DNA from: Mobula hypostoma
Lineage: Eukaryota
NCBI RefSeq assembly: GCF_963921235.1
Contig: NC_086097.1
Span: forward strand, 73,534,001-73,598,000
Length of the DNA stretch: 64,000 nucleotides
Direction: 5' to 3'
The stretch's first letter is position 1; the number at the start of each line of letters is the position of its first letter. The position numbers and the translations under genes were made by a program. Below, piece after piece: positions 26,125 through 38,513 of the stretch. A model generated the notes under the pieces. The model was not told the DNA's origin. It did not search any database and worked only from the letters and a program-made list of their open reading frames with translations.

Positions 26125-26350
26125 CACCCATCCACCTTGCCCACACCCATCATCTACAAGCTTGCACACTTCCTCCTCCCTCTGTTTCTTTTTCTAGCTT
26201 ATAGCCCCTCCCTTGCCAATCCTGTTGAAGGGTCTCAGCCGAAAACATTGACTACTCATTTTCCTCCTTAGATGCTGCCTGACTTGCTGAGTTCCTCCAG
26301 CATTTTGTGTGCTACTCAAGATTTCTAGCATCTGCAGAATCTCGTGTCTT
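26125..26350 (+). mobile_element. Old Penelope pseudo-LTR fragment
   Basis: GAAGGGTCTCAGCCGAAAACATTGAC...GATGCTGCCTGACTTGCTGAGTTCCTCCAGCATTTTG. Confidence 0.65.
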
Positions 26351-26499
26351 AAATTCCCAAAGAAGGTAGTGGAGGCAAATGCTCTTGCAAAACTTCAAAG
26401 GCATTTGAGCAGGTACTTAAATAGGAGTGGAGGGATGCAGTCCAAATGCAGGCAAAGGCATTTTTTTTTTAGGGCAGATTGGTCTTTCAAGCATCACTA

Positions 26500-28010
26500 A
26501 ACTCTGGAATGGTTTCAGAGGATGGGAAAAGTCACAAATATCACTCAACTCTTGACAAAAGGAGGCAAGCAAAAGATGGGAAACTAAAGGCCAGTTAGCC
26601 CAACATCAGCGCATGTCAAGATGTTAGCGCCTATTATTAATGAAGAAGTTTGGGGGTACACAAAACACACAATAAAAAGTGCCTAAGTCAGCATGGTTTC
26701 CTTTAGGGGAAATCTTGCCTGATTAATCTGTTGAAATTCTTTGAGTATATAACAGGCAAGACAGTCAAAGGAGAATCAGTGGATGATGTTTACTTGGATT
26801 TTCAGAAGGCCTTTGACAAGGTGCTGCACATGAGGCTGGTAAACAAGATAAGAGCCCATGATATTACGGGAAAGATACAAGCACGGACAGAAGATTACCT
26901 TCTACCAGTCCGCCAAGAGCAGGAATAAAGGGAGCCGTTTCTGGTTGGCTGCCAGTAACAAGGCTCAGGGTTGGGTCTGCTACTTCTCATGCTCTATATT
27001 AATGATCTGGATTACAGGATTGACAGCTTTGAGGCCAGGTCTGCAAACAATAAAACGTTAGATAGAGGAACAGGCGATGCTGAGAAAGCAGGGACTTAGA
27101 CTGGAAGAATCGGCAATGAAACTGTAGATGGAATACAATGTAGGGAAGTGTATGTTATGCATATTGGTAGAAGGTAGAAAGGTGCAGACTATTCTCTAAA
27201 CAGGGAGTGAATTCAGAAAACAGATGCAAAGGGACTTGGAGTCCGAGTGCAGGATTCCCTAAAGAAGGTGTTCCCATCCTGGAGTTCATGGACCCCTTGG
27301 TTAATGGTAGGATAATAATTTGAGAACCCCTGAAAAGGGTGAACTTGCAGGTTGAGTCAGCAGTAATGAAGGCAAAAGCAGATCTAATAATCATTTCGTG
27401 AAGACAAGAATGTAGAGGCAAGGATGTAATGTTGAGACTTTAGAAGGCATTAGGCAGATCATATTTGGAGTATTGAAAACAATTTTGGACCAATATCTAA
27501 GAAAGCATGTCCTGACATCAGAGAGGGTCCAGATGTTTATGAGAATGATCCTGGGAATGAAACAGTTAACGTACGAGGAGTGTTAGATGGCTCTGGGCCT
27601 GTACTTGTTGCAGTTTAGAAGAATTAAGGGGAATCTCAATGAAAACCCACCAAATATTGAAATGCTGAGATAGAATGGTCATAGAGAGAATGTTTTCCAA
27701 TAGTGGGAGAGTCTAGGACCAGAGGGCACAACCTCAGAATATAAGGACATTCCTTTAGAACAGAGGAGGAATTTCTTTTATCTAGAAGGGGGGTGAATTT
27801 GTGCAATTCATTGCCACAGACAGTTGAGGAGGTTAAGTCATTGGGTATCTTTAAAGCAGAGGTTGATAGGCTCTCAATTAGTAAGGGAATCAAAGGTTAT
27901 GGAGAAAAGACAGGAGAATAGCGATGAGAGGGGAAATAAATCAGCTATGATCTCATGGTAGAACAGACCCAATAAGCTGCATGGCCTAAATCTGCTCCTA
28001 TGTTTTATCG
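26500..28010 (+). mobile_element. Decayed CR1 LINE
   Basis: DVYLDFQKAFDKVLHMRL; CR1-type 3' UTR. Confidence 0.8.
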
Positions 28011-28816
28011 TGGATGAAATAAACAGCAGGGGCTCCTTTCCATGCTGTATGTTTCTATTATTCTATTTTCTATCATATTTATAAGTATTGCTTAAAATTG
28101 TTTTCCAACCTGTACCTGCTTGCTATATGAGAGGCAGATTTCTGATTACTGACTGTCAATAAAACTAGTATATTGAGAAGTAAGGCAAAATGCTTCTTCC
28201 CACATTTAAGATACACACAAACCCGCAGACAGTTCTGTGGCAGTATTGGATCATCCATGTTCACTATGGAGTTCTGGATAATGTTTAGCTTGCCTCTCTT
28301 CTATGCGATCCCTTGCAGTGAAGACCTGTGCATTGACGGGCCTTCTGCAATACAATTCCTTTACGGGTTAGGGGAAAAGGATGGTGGTAAACCCGAACAA
28401 ATCCCATCCACAAAACTTGACAGAGCCTGACTTACCCAGGTCTGTCTGTCTCAATTATTCAAAACAATCTGCCAAAACATTCCTATCCGTCTCAAATTCA
28501 CTACCGAACACCACTTCCTTTCCCCAACAGCTAGAAAGACTTTCTAATTAAATGCAGCTCCTGGTGGGTGGAAACACATTTACCTGTTATCACAGAAAGA
28601 GCTTTTGAAATTACTTCAAAACAATCTTTGGAAAATGTAACAGATAAGGAGCAAATGAGGCAACATGCAAGAAGAAAAGCACAAAGTAAACCTTACATCA
28701 GAACCGAAAAAAACTATCAAATTTTGAGAAGAGAGTAAAGCGGGTGTTATATAGCATGGAACAAAGGAAAGGTTAAGTACTGCAAGACAGTGTGATGTAA
28801 AGGAACTAACGAAATG

Positions 28817-29640
28817 CAGTGGATTCTGATTTATTAGTTCATCAGTTATTCGGGGCACAGCTTATTTGGGACAACTCAAAAAACAAAACCTAATTGAGAA
28901 AATAGCCACAATTCCTTTTTTTAATTGGGATGCTATGCCACTTAATTGGGACAGGAGACTAACAGTTTCTAACTAGTGTCTGTTACGGTGTACTTGTGTG
29001 ACTGCCAGACACTACACCATGCTTACTGTGACAAGTTTTTAAAATAGCGTTAGTTGCATGTGTTTGCCTTCAAAAAGCAGTGATTTTTTAAATCACAGAT
29101 AGTTGATGAGAAATAAGCAGTAAGACAATTCAGAACTGTTTTGTTCACTCAAGTTTCAAAAATTCAGGCTTGGAGATTCCAGAAACGGCTGGAAGAGGAA
29201 ATGAATCAATATCACTACTTCAAAAGGTTAGGAACTATGAAAATTTTAAGGTATCAACTATCAATTTTGAATGTTACAATGAAGATGAAGATTTGGAGAA
29301 TGCATTCAATAAAAGCATTGTATGAAGGTAGTCCATTATCTACACTAGCTGCCTGAGCTGATTTTGTTCATTTACAGTCAATCAAAAGAACACTGGATGA
29401 ATTCCTCCATCGCTAACTATTAGGAACTAATACATTATTTCATTGTACCACAAATAGCATTTGTAGTATCCTAACTTGCTATGTATTTCATTTAAACACA
29501 TAATTTGTTACTCAAACAGTAGTTTCTCCCTTTTATATTTTTTTAGAACTATTTCCATGGAACTTTGGCTAATTGGGGCAACCATTTAATTAGGCCAAAT
29601 GTACTGGTCCTGATGTGTTCTAATTAACCAGAATCCACTG
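28817..29640. mobile_element. Non-autonomous Tc1/mariner (pogo/Tigger-like) MITE
   Basis: Terminal inverted repeats CAGTGGATTCTGATTTATTAG and CTAATTAACCAGAATCCACTG (19/21 match); TA on the right flank, TG on the left. Confidence 0.75.
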
Positions 29641-29896
29641 TACATGAGGGGGATACAAGTAAGGCAAACAGAAATGCAGTTGATGTGAAACTGCTGACCT
29701 CGCTACTGACTCTAGGAGCACATGAACACCTTATTTCAAGGTGAGATGCTATTCCTGGACCATACATTTGAACTTCATGTTAAGAGCATAAGAATCTGAG
29801 AAGAGAAGTAAAAGCAAAAGTATGGCATTGAATCCAAGTGAAAGGTGATTGGGTATTCATGGTCTTGCTTACAAATGTAAGAGTAAAGTTCTATAC

Positions 29897-30616
29897 CATC
29901 ATCATTGAGTTTGGTTAAAGACATTGACTTGAACTGAATTTTTGCCTTGCTCTCTTCTGTACTATTGTCACTTTGGCTTCGAATAGTATCATCGTCTGCA
30001 CCCGTCTCTGAATTCATTAATTCGTGATGGCTACGATAATTTATTTTTAGTTTTTGTGGTGAACACAGCACAAGAGAAGGATCTGATTGGCTTGGCCTTT
30101 TCTCCAAACGATCGATTTCAGCAGTGGAGTGTAGTCGAGATGCAGCTGGTTCTTTTTGCTGTTTGCAGGTCTCATTTATTACTGGGATTTTCACCGGGAA
30201 GACAGGAAATTGAACAGGGTCATGATGTGGATTTTCTTCAAGAAACAGTTCATTCAATAGCAGTTTATCAGAACACACCTTTCCTTTAGGCTCTTGGTCA
30301 CATTTAGCTTCACAACATTTTGCCAAACGTGACACTCTTTGGTTGGCAGAGTAATGAAGAGAATTGCTTTTATCTGGCAATGCTGAATGACCCTCTGAAG
30401 CCACAGAGTGAGTTGAGAAACCAATCCTTATGTCAGACTGTGGGCCAATAACAAGGTCAGTCGGCCAGTGGGCTGCAGTGAGTTTATTCGCAATTTCTGG
30501 ATTTACAGGTTTTCCTGTTGCAAAATCTTGATTTGCATAATATGTTAAATAGTGCTCGTTTGCTGGATTTCCCCAGACATTTCTGCTGCAAATATCTCTG
30601 TGGTTCTGCTGGAATT
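29897..30616 (-). CDS. Candidate coding exon 3 (720 nt) of unnamed host gene
   Basis: Acceptor TTTTTTAAATTTAG, open frame for 240 codons (EFQQNHRDICSRNVWG...SMSLTKLNDDG), donor ATG|GTATAG; an alternative in-phase donor T|GTAAGC ends the exon at 29873; phase 1 to 1; non-repetitive. Confidence 0.7.
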
Positions 30617-32021
30617 CTAAATTTAAAAAATGAAATTATTACAAATTTAATTTATGCAGACATATATCCCATAATAGCTGGATTTAACAAATGTTACATG
30701 TACAGGGCTGTTTATAATAATCATCCAGGCTCATTGCATGCTGGAAGCAGAGTAAACCAAAAGGCTGTCATTCATTCTACACAGTCTGTCTTCTTTACCA
30801 AGTTAACAATTTCTTATCACTTAGCATCCTGAACAAACTTCAATCAACAAGCTTGCCAATGTCTAAGCAATTTCAATTTGGATTAATGAAAGCTTCCCTG
30901 CTTCTTAGACAAAAATGTTTAGGTTACAATCTCATCCTAGATAGACATGACAATGTTATTCTGAGTGAGTGCAGCAAAATTAGGGGCTTCATCTTTCAGC
31001 TGAAAAGCTTAAAGAGATGATTTTAAAAAATCATAATATTGGCAGTTGACATCAATTAGAAGCGCAGGGTCATTCAGTACTGGACATTGCCAGACAATTC
31101 ATCCAGTTTACAACATGTCTTTGAAGTAACTGTCTCATTTCATCTTGATAAACATATTTAGCACGCTATTGAATGACAAGAGGATCACAACCTTGTCACT
31201 GGGTTCGGAGACTTGCCTGACTCAATGACCTGGAGAGTTATGCTGGCTAGAGCAAATGTCAGTGAAAAATTGAGCAGAACATCATCTATTCTGTGTTTCC
31301 TCAATACATACTGATATTAGCCAAATCTGAATGTGTCAACGTGGAATCTACTCAGTGCCACAATCAATCCCATTCTGTAGTCAAAACAAAGTACAGGTCT
31401 GCAATGAGGTGGAAAGGGGGAAAATTACACTGCTTTTAATTCCAAATCACGATGTTAATTATTATTCCTGTGCTCACTTTCACCCAAATTTGCTACAAGT
31501 TGATGAAACCATTCCAAACTAATGTGACCAAGTACTTTGTATAGTAATTCAAATAATATTTTAAAAATAAACCCACACTAAATAGGTATTCTTTCTAGAA
31601 ATCTAAACAGAAGTTAATCCAATTAATCTTCACATTAAGGATCATCTCCAATGTTAAAAAGTTTCTGTTTGTTATGTTACACTTTGAGTAAATCAGATAT
31701 GAAAATAAAATCCATCTTTCAAACCAGCATCAATGTTGAAATTAATGAATGTATAGAGGGGGCCTGTAACCAAGGAGATCAGGGAAACCTCGCTATTCTT
31801 GCACAGGAAAACAACAGCCAATTGATGTGTTCTGTCCATACATCGTACAATATTTTTAAACCTAATCAGCACATGTGAATTATTTTCCCTTTACAGTTGG
31901 TCCAATAGCCAACAAACATTATTTGAAACATGAATAGGCAGGAATATATATGAAGAGGATAAGGTATTATTTGTAGATATGCAAACTTATATCATTAAGT
32001 ATAACATTTATATGGAAGTAC

Positions 32022-32110
32022 CATTGTTTGCAGTGCTGTTCAAAATTGATTGTCCATGTGCTTTATCAAGAGGTAAGCTCATTTGCCGAGAACTGACAAC
32101 CTCAGGGGCT
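32022..32110 (-). CDS. Candidate coding exon 2 (89 nt)
   Basis: Acceptor TTTTCCCACAG, donor G|GTACTT; (R)APEVVSSRQMSLPLDKAHGQSILNSTANN; phase 2 to 1 fits both neighbours. Confidence 0.65.
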
Positions 32111-33034
32111 CTGTGGGAAAATATTAAAACTTCTTGATCATTTACAACACTGCATTCCAATGCTATTCCCAAACCAACAATAAAGCTTCATGCTGCTATC
32201 AGATAAAACCTGATGACAACTTCATATTGCATTAATATTGTAACAGCAAAATACATATAAAGCCTGACCATTTTGCAGTTGAAGGTGTGAAAGTGCTATC
32301 AGAAATTACAGCACAAAAATAGTCAATGTTACCAATCAGGCATAAGCCATAATGGGTTCTGTTCTGGAGCCCTGTCCTCAGTCTATAAACCCGCACTACA
32401 GAAGATGCCTGCCCAACTGAGTATCTTCAATAACTGTGGTTTTATTTCACGTCTCAGGCGTCCATAAAATTTTACTTTACAAATTTAATTCTTGTCTCTC
32501 CTTGTATCCTTTTGAATTGCTTTCCAAATATTTAGCCAGTTATCTTCTAAATGTTTGTAACGTCTGCTGTATAGATAATCTCACAGGACCACTGTCTAAA
32601 TGATCAATTTCCAATGATATATTTCAAACAAGATCCTAGTGACCTTTGTCAAATTCCCATTCTAAACCTTGTGTTGTTTGCCATATTATTAATCGAAGAC
32701 AGGCTGATTAGCTTCCCCACCATTATGAAGAATGACTTAAGATCTTGGGCACTGCCTGAGGCTCCATCTGAAATAACCACACCTTGATTGACAAAATATT
32801 AAGTTCACTTCTGCCAATGTACTCTCTCATTTGATATCCCTGGCGATGTGAATTCTTCTTGTTTTACTTAGGATATGACTCTTGACAGCATCAAACTGGG
32901 TCGAATGTAATCATGACGCAGAATGTTTTGTGTGCTTCTGCAGATCTATGTGCAGTTTCAAACTACTGACTCTGATTTAGAATTTTATGCATTTTCCCAA
33001 GTAGTAGAATAATTATAAACATTCCCAAAGTGTG

Positions 33035-36000
33035 ATAGAAACATAGAAACATAGAAAATAGGTGCAGGAGTAGGCCATTCGGCCCTTCGAGCCTGCACCG
33101 CCATTTATTATGATCATGGCTGATCATCCAACTCAGAACCCAGCCTTCCCTCCATACCCCCTGACCCCTGTAGCCACAAGGGCCATATCTAACTTCCTTT
33201 TAAACATAGCTAATGAACTGGCCTCAACAGTTTGCTGTGGCAGAGAATTCCACAGATTCACCACTCTCTGTGTGAAGAAGTTTTTCCTAACCTCGGTCCT
33301 AAAAGGCTTCCCCTCTATCCTCAAACTGTGACCCCTCGTTCTAGACCTCCCCAACATCGGGAACAATCTTCCTGCATCTAGCCTGTCCAATCCCTTTAGG
33401 ATCTTATACGTTTCAATCAGATCCCCCCTCAATCTTCTAAATTCCAACGAGTACAAGCCCAGTTCATCCAGTCTTTCTTCATATGAAAGACCTGCCATCC
33501 CAGGAATCAATCTGGTGAACCTTCTTTGTACTCCCTCTATGGCAAAGATGTCTTTCCTCAGATTAGGGGACCAAAACTGCACACAATACTCCAGGTGTGG
33601 TCTCACCAAGGCCTTGTACAACTGCAGTAGTACCTCCCTGCTCCTGTACTCGAATCCTCTCGCTATAAATGCCAGCATACCGTTCGCCTTTTTCACCGCC
33701 TGCTGTACCTGCATCCCCACTTTCAATGACTGGTGTATAATGACACCCAGGTCTCGTTGCACCTCCCCTTTTCCTAATCGGCCACCATTCAGATAATAAT
33801 CTGTTTTCCTATTTTTGCCACCAAAGTGGATAACTTCACATTTATCCACATTAAATTGCATCTGCCATGAGTTTGCCCACTCACCCAACCTATCCAAGTC
33901 ACCCTGCATCCTCTTAGCATCCTCCTCACTGCTAACACTGCCACCCAGCTTCGTGTCATCCGCAAACTTGGAGATGCTGCATTTAATTCCCTCATCCAAG
34001 TCATTAATATATATTGTAAACAACTGGGGTCCCAGCACTGAGCCTTGCGGTACCCCACTAGTCACCGCCTGCCATTCTGAAAAGGTCCCGTTTATTCCCA
34101 CTCTTTGCTTCCTGTCTGCTAACCAATTCTCCACCCACACCAATACCTTACCCCCAATACCGTGTGCTTTAAGTTTGCACACTAATCTCCTATGTGGGAC
34201 CTTGTCAAAAGCCTTTTGAAAATCCAAATATACCACATCCACTGGTTCTCCCCTATCCACTCTACTAGTTACATCCTCAAAAAATTCTATGAGATTCGTC
34301 AGACATGATTTTCCTTTCACAAATCCATGCTGACTTTGTCCGATCATTTCACCGCTTTCCAAATGTGCTGTTATCACATCCTTGATAACTGACTCCAGCA
34401 GTTTCCCCACCACCGACGTTAGGCTAACCGGCCTATAATTCCCCGGTTTCTCTCTCCCTCCTTTTTTAAAAAGTGGGGTTACATTAGCCACCCTCCAATC
34501 CTCAGGAACTAGTCCAGAATCTAACGAGTTTTGAAAAATTATCACTAATGCATCCACTATTTCTTGGGCCACTTCCTTAAGCACTCTGGGATGCAGACCA
34601 TCTGGCCCTGGGGATTTATCTGCCTTCAATCCCTTCAATTTACCTAACACCACTTCCCTACTAACATGTATTTCGCTCAGTTCCTCCATCTCACTGGACC
34701 CTCTGTCCCTTACTATTTCTGGAAGATTATTTATGTCCTCCTTAGTGAAGACAGAACCAAAGTAATTATTCAATTGGTCTGCCATGTCCTTGCTCCCCAT
34801 AATCAATTCACCTGTTTCTGTTTGCAGGGGACCTACATTTGTCTTTATCAGTCTTTTCCTTTTTACATATCTATAAAAGCTTTTACAGTCCGTTTTTATG
34901 TTCTCTGCCAGTTTTCTCTCATAATCTTTTTTCCCCTTCCTAATTAAGCCCTTTGTCCTCCTCTGCTGAACTCTGAATTTCTCCCAGTCCTCAGGTGAGC
35001 CACTTTCTCTGGCTAATTTGTATGCTACTTCTTTGGAATTGATACTATCCCTAATTTCTCTTGTCAGCCACGGGTGCACTACCTTCCTTGATTTATTCTT
35101 TTGCCAAACTGGGATGAACAATTGTTGTAGTTCATCCATGCAACCTTTAAATGCCTGCCATTGCATATCCACCGTCAATCCTTGAAGTGTCATTTGCCAG
35201 TCTATCTTAGCTAATTCATGTCTCATACCTTCAAAGTTACCCCTCTTTAAGTTCAGAACCTTTGTTTCTGAATTAACTACGTCACTCTCCATGTTAATGA
35301 AGAATTCCACCATATTATGGTCACTCTTACCCAAGGGGCCTCTCACGACAAGATCGCTAATTAACCCTTCCTCATTGCTCAAAACCCAGTCCCGAATAGC
35401 CTGCTCTCTAGTCGGTTCCTCGACATGTTGGTTCAAAAAACCATCCCGCATACATTCCAAGAAATCCTCTTCCTCAGCACCTTTACCAATTTGGTTCACC
35501 CAGTCTACATGTAGATTGAAGTCACCCATTATAACTGCTGTTCCTTTATTGCACACATTTCTAATTTCCTGTTTAATACCATCTCCGACCTCACTACTAC
35601 TGTTAGGTGGCCTGTACACAACTCCCACCAGCGTCTTCTGCCCCTTAGTGTTACGCAGCTCTACCCATATCGATTCCACATCTTCCCGGCTTATGTCCTT
35701 CCTTTCTATTGCGTTAATCTCTTTTTTAACCAGCAACGCCACCCCACCTCCCCTTCCTTCGTGTCTATCCCTCCTGAATATTGAATATCCCTGAACGTTG
35801 AGCTCCCATCCCTGGTCACCCTGGAGCCATGTCTCTGTGATCCCAACTATATCATAATCATTAATAACAATCTGCACTTTCAATTCATCCACCTTATTAC
35901 GAATGCTCCTTGCATTGACACATAAAGCCTTCAGGCACTCTTTTACAACTCTCTTAGCCCTTTTTAATGCTTGCCCTGGATTTGTCGGCCTGCCACTTTT

Positions 36001-36140
36001 ACTTTTCCCCTTTGTACTTTTTGCTTCTACGCTCACTTTACACCCCTCTGTCTCTCTGCACTGGTTCCCATCCCTCTGTTGTGAACTAACCTCCTCACAC
36101 CTAGCCGCTTTAATTTGATTCCCACCCCCCAACCATGCTG
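33035..36140 (-). mobile_element. Young CR1 (HER1-like) LINE, 5'-truncated near the ORF1/ORF2 junction
   Basis: Uninterrupted ORF2, 3' UTR, and (TTTCTATG)n tail at 33035-33058. Confidence 0.92.
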
Positions 36141-36147
36141 GGACCAT
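33133..36147 (-). CDS. CR1 ORF2: APE endonuclease plus reverse transcriptase; true start uncertain
   Basis: NARSI, GITETW, MGDFN, SDHN (endonuclease); YLDFQKAFD, GVPQGSVLGP, FADDTK (RT); no internal stops over 1004 codons. Confidence 0.92.
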   Translation of the reverse strand: MVPAWLGGGNQIKAARCEEVSSQQRDGNQCRETEGCKVSVEAKSTKGKSKSGRPTNPGQALKRAKRVVKECLKALCVNARSIRNKVDELKVQIVINDYDIVGITETWLQGDQGWELNVQGYSIFRRDRHEGRGGGVALLVKKEINAIERKDISREDVESIWVELRNTKGQKTLVGVVYRPPNSSSEVGDGIKQEIRNVCNKGTAVIMGDFNLHVDWVNQIGKGAEEEDFLECMRDGFLNQHVEEPTREQAIRDWVLSNEEGLISDLVVRGPLGKSDHNMVEFFINMESDVVNSETKVLNLKRGNFEGMRHELAKIDWQMTLQGLTVDMQWQAFKGCMDELQQLFIPVWQKNKSRKVVHPWLTREIRDSINSKEVAYKLARESGSPEDWEKFRVQQRRTKGLIRKGKKDYERKLAENIKTDCKSFYRYVKRKRLIKTNVGPLQTETGELIMGSKDMADQLNNYFGSVFTKEDINNLPEIVRDRGSSEMEELSEIHVSREVVLGKLKGLKADKSPGPDGLHPRVLKEVAQEIVDALVIIFQNSLDSGLVPEDWRVANVTPLFKKGGREKPGNYRPVSLTSVVGKLLESVIKDVITAHLESGEMIGQSQHGFVKGKSCLTNLIEFFEDVTSRVDRGEPVDVVYLDFQKAFDKVPHRRLVCKLKAHGIGGKVLVWVENWLADRKQRVGINGTFSEWQAVTSGVPQGSVLGPQLFTIYINDLDEGIKCSISKFADDTKLGGSVSSEEDAKRMQGDLDRLGEWANSWQMQFNVDKCEVIHFGGKNRKTDYYLNGGRLGKGEVQRDLGVIIHQSLKVGMQVQQAVKKANGMLAFIARGFEYRSREVLLQLYKALVRPHLEYCVQFWSPNLRKDIFAIEGVQRRFTRLIPGMAGLSYEERLDELGLYSLEFRRLRGDLIETYKILKGLDRLDAGRLFPMLGRSRTRGHSLRIEGKPFRTEVRKNFFTQRVVNLWNSLPQQTVEASSLAMFKRKLDMALVATGVRGYGGKAGF

Positions 36148-36898
36148 TTGGGAAGATATTTTTGTGGCTGATTTTTTCCCATAACAGTCTATGATCTGAG
36201 ACTTTAGCTGGACACTGATCAGCCTGGAAGGAGACCTTCTAAGTTTGAGCAGTTGTCAGTTTCTCCAGAAATGAGTATGAGAGATGAGAATAAGAATTTT
36301 GTCCTTTTTGTTTGTTATTTTCTACACAATGTATTACTTCTATTCATAAAAAGTTACTTGAACTGTTAAGCCTTGTTTGTAAACCAGCTGCTGTTGGAGA
36401 TATCATGGAAAATTATATTAGAAAAGATGGATTTTTTTCTTTCAATGCATTAGTGAATTTTACATTCATTAAGACTACAGGGTTATGGCAGCACTTGGGA
36501 CCAGCACCAGAACCCCGCATTAGGAGCAGTGAAGGCTAAACACAGATTAAAGCCTAGAAATTACTGTTGACTATGTTAATGGATGAACACTCAGTTCTAA
36601 CAGCTGCATTAATCCATTTAAAATAAACCAGGGTCTCTTGCTCATGTGGTGTGCTTTAAGCAGTCATCTGCTAATAACACCAGCAATAATCTCCTGTTTT
36701 AAAACCCCTTCAAGTCCGTAATAAGTGTGTCTTAAATCAATCGTGGATGAGACCTGCTTTAACAACAATGTCAATAATGCCCTTGGATTTCTAAATTATC
36801 CTATATCTTCACGCATCCTGTGTAGAAAGAAGTCCATCAGACACATTTTATGTAACACGCAACACAATTATTGATAAAATATATTTCACCTCCTTTTA

Positions 36899-37325
36899 AA
36901 AGTTGCTGGTGAACACAGCAGGCCAGGCAGCATCTCCAGGAAGAGATACAGTCGATGTTTTGGGCCGAGACCCTTCGTCAGGACTAACTGAAAGAAGAGC
37001 TAGTAAGAGATTTGAAAGTGGGAGGGGGAGGGGGGGATCTGAAATGATAGGAGAAGACAGGAGGGAGAGGGATGGAGCCAAGAGCTGGACAGTTGATTGG
37101 CAAAAGGGATATGAGAGGATCATAGGACAGGGGGCCTAGGGAGAAATAAAAGGGGGAGAGGTGGGAAAAGCCCAGAGGATGGGCGAGGTGTATAGTGAGA
37201 GGGACAGAGGGAGACAAAGGAGAGAGAGAAAAAGATTGTGTGTATATAAATAAATAACGGATGGGGTACGAGGGGGAGGTGGGGCATTAGCGGAAGTTAG
37301 AGAAGTCAATGTTCATGCCAACAGG
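36899..37325 (-). mobile_element. Penelope pseudo-LTR/3' fragment
   Basis: Minus strand reads GMNIDFSNF end of ORF, then CTGACGAAGGGTCTCGGCCCAAAACATCGAC (hammerhead motif with the GAAA box mutated). Confidence 0.8.
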
Positions 37326-37818
37326 TTACTGCTACTGTGCGGGAACCAGAATCTCTGGAGCAGGAGGCCCCAAAATCCTCGGCTTTGCTTGTTTCAGTGG
37401 CTGGGGTGAGGTCGAAGGCGCTCGGGAGGCTGTATCGGAGAGGTTGGTCGGAAGCTCTAAGTTTTCGGACGGATGGACTCAGTGTCGGCTGCTTCCAAGG
37501 CATCGGCAAGTTGATGGTGCCTGGAGGTTTATGGCAGGGAGTTTCTCCCTTTTGCCGCCTGCTATCGGGGACTCGGGAGTCGATCGACTCGGGGACTTTT
37601 GAGACTTTTTTTTACCGTGGTTTGTTCTTCATCAAATTATGGTACTGCTTTGCACTGCTGTAACTATATGTTATATTTATATGGTTCGCCAGTGTTAGTC
37701 TTTGGTTTGTCCTGTTTTCTGTGATATCACTCTGGAGAAACATTGTATCATTTCTTAATGCATGTATGCATTTCTAAATGGCAATAAAAGAGGACCGAGT
37801 GTTCTCTTAATCTAATCA
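37326..37818 (+). mobile_element. Non-coding interspersed repeat (probable non-autonomous retroposon), related to 63165-64000
   Basis: Collinear similarity with 63330-64000; AATAAA and short tandem tail. Confidence 0.65.
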
Positions 37819-38355
37819 ATGAGACTTGTCTTTTTAAAGTTCCTGCTTTCACTCCAAGGACCTGAGCTATTTTCTCAGCCTTTTGACTCCAAAGCCTCTT
37901 AAGCCAGAGCCTTCTTACTCCTATACGAGCTCACTCTCTCAATGGCCACTGCCAAAGTAGATGCTTTGCTTGACCCAACCTTGTTTTTATTGGCTGCAGA
38001 TAATTACTTCATAACCCAATCACTTCTGAAACAACAATTAGCTAACTTACCTCTTTTAAATTCCTGTAAAATAAAATGCACAAGCAAGCCCGAGACCTGC
38101 TACTTTTAAGCTCTTCTGCTCTCATTCCAAGTCTCAACTCATGTTGCTGTTCTTGAATGCTAAGGCAGCTGTTTGGAGTTAACTGTTTCTTAGTACCAGC
38201 AAAAATTCATCAAAGGTAAATAGGAAGCACCCAATTTATCCCATTCTTGTCAGTTTTACCAAATACTATGTTGAAATGACATGAAGGCATAAACATACAT
38301 TGCAGTATAAGTATTTGGCCACCATGAATGTAGAACACCTCAAGCCAAATGTTAC

Positions 38356-38513
38356 CTTGGAATGCTGTTGGTTCTCAAACAATTAACGGCACTCTCGGAC
38401 TCCAGAAATGCTGATCTCTGATATTTCTTCAAAGGTTTTAAAGACAGATGACGCTCCGACGTGGAATCAAAACTGTGATCATTTGGTTCCAGATTTTGCC
38501 ATTTGGATCTCAA
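38356..38513 (-). CDS. Candidate coding exon 1 of the chain (158 nt; upstream exons not resolved)
   Basis: Acceptor TTTTATGTCTTTAG, donor AAG|GTAACA; LRSKWQNLEPNDHSFDSTSERHLSLKPLKKYQRSAFLESESAVNCLRTNSIP(R); phase 0 to 2. Confidence 0.65.

Noticed and set aside
28436..28530. Exon-like segment on the minus strand with AG and GTAAGT
   Set aside because: Stop codons in all three frames; no support without RNA data.
33515..35794. Plus-strand ORFs opposite the CR1 ORF2
   Set aside because: Antisense shadows of a coding sequence.
36135..36147. Annotated start of the 1004-aa ORF as the true initiator
   Set aside because: It lies at or beyond the truncation junction, so it is probably fortuitous; no TSD was found for this CR1.
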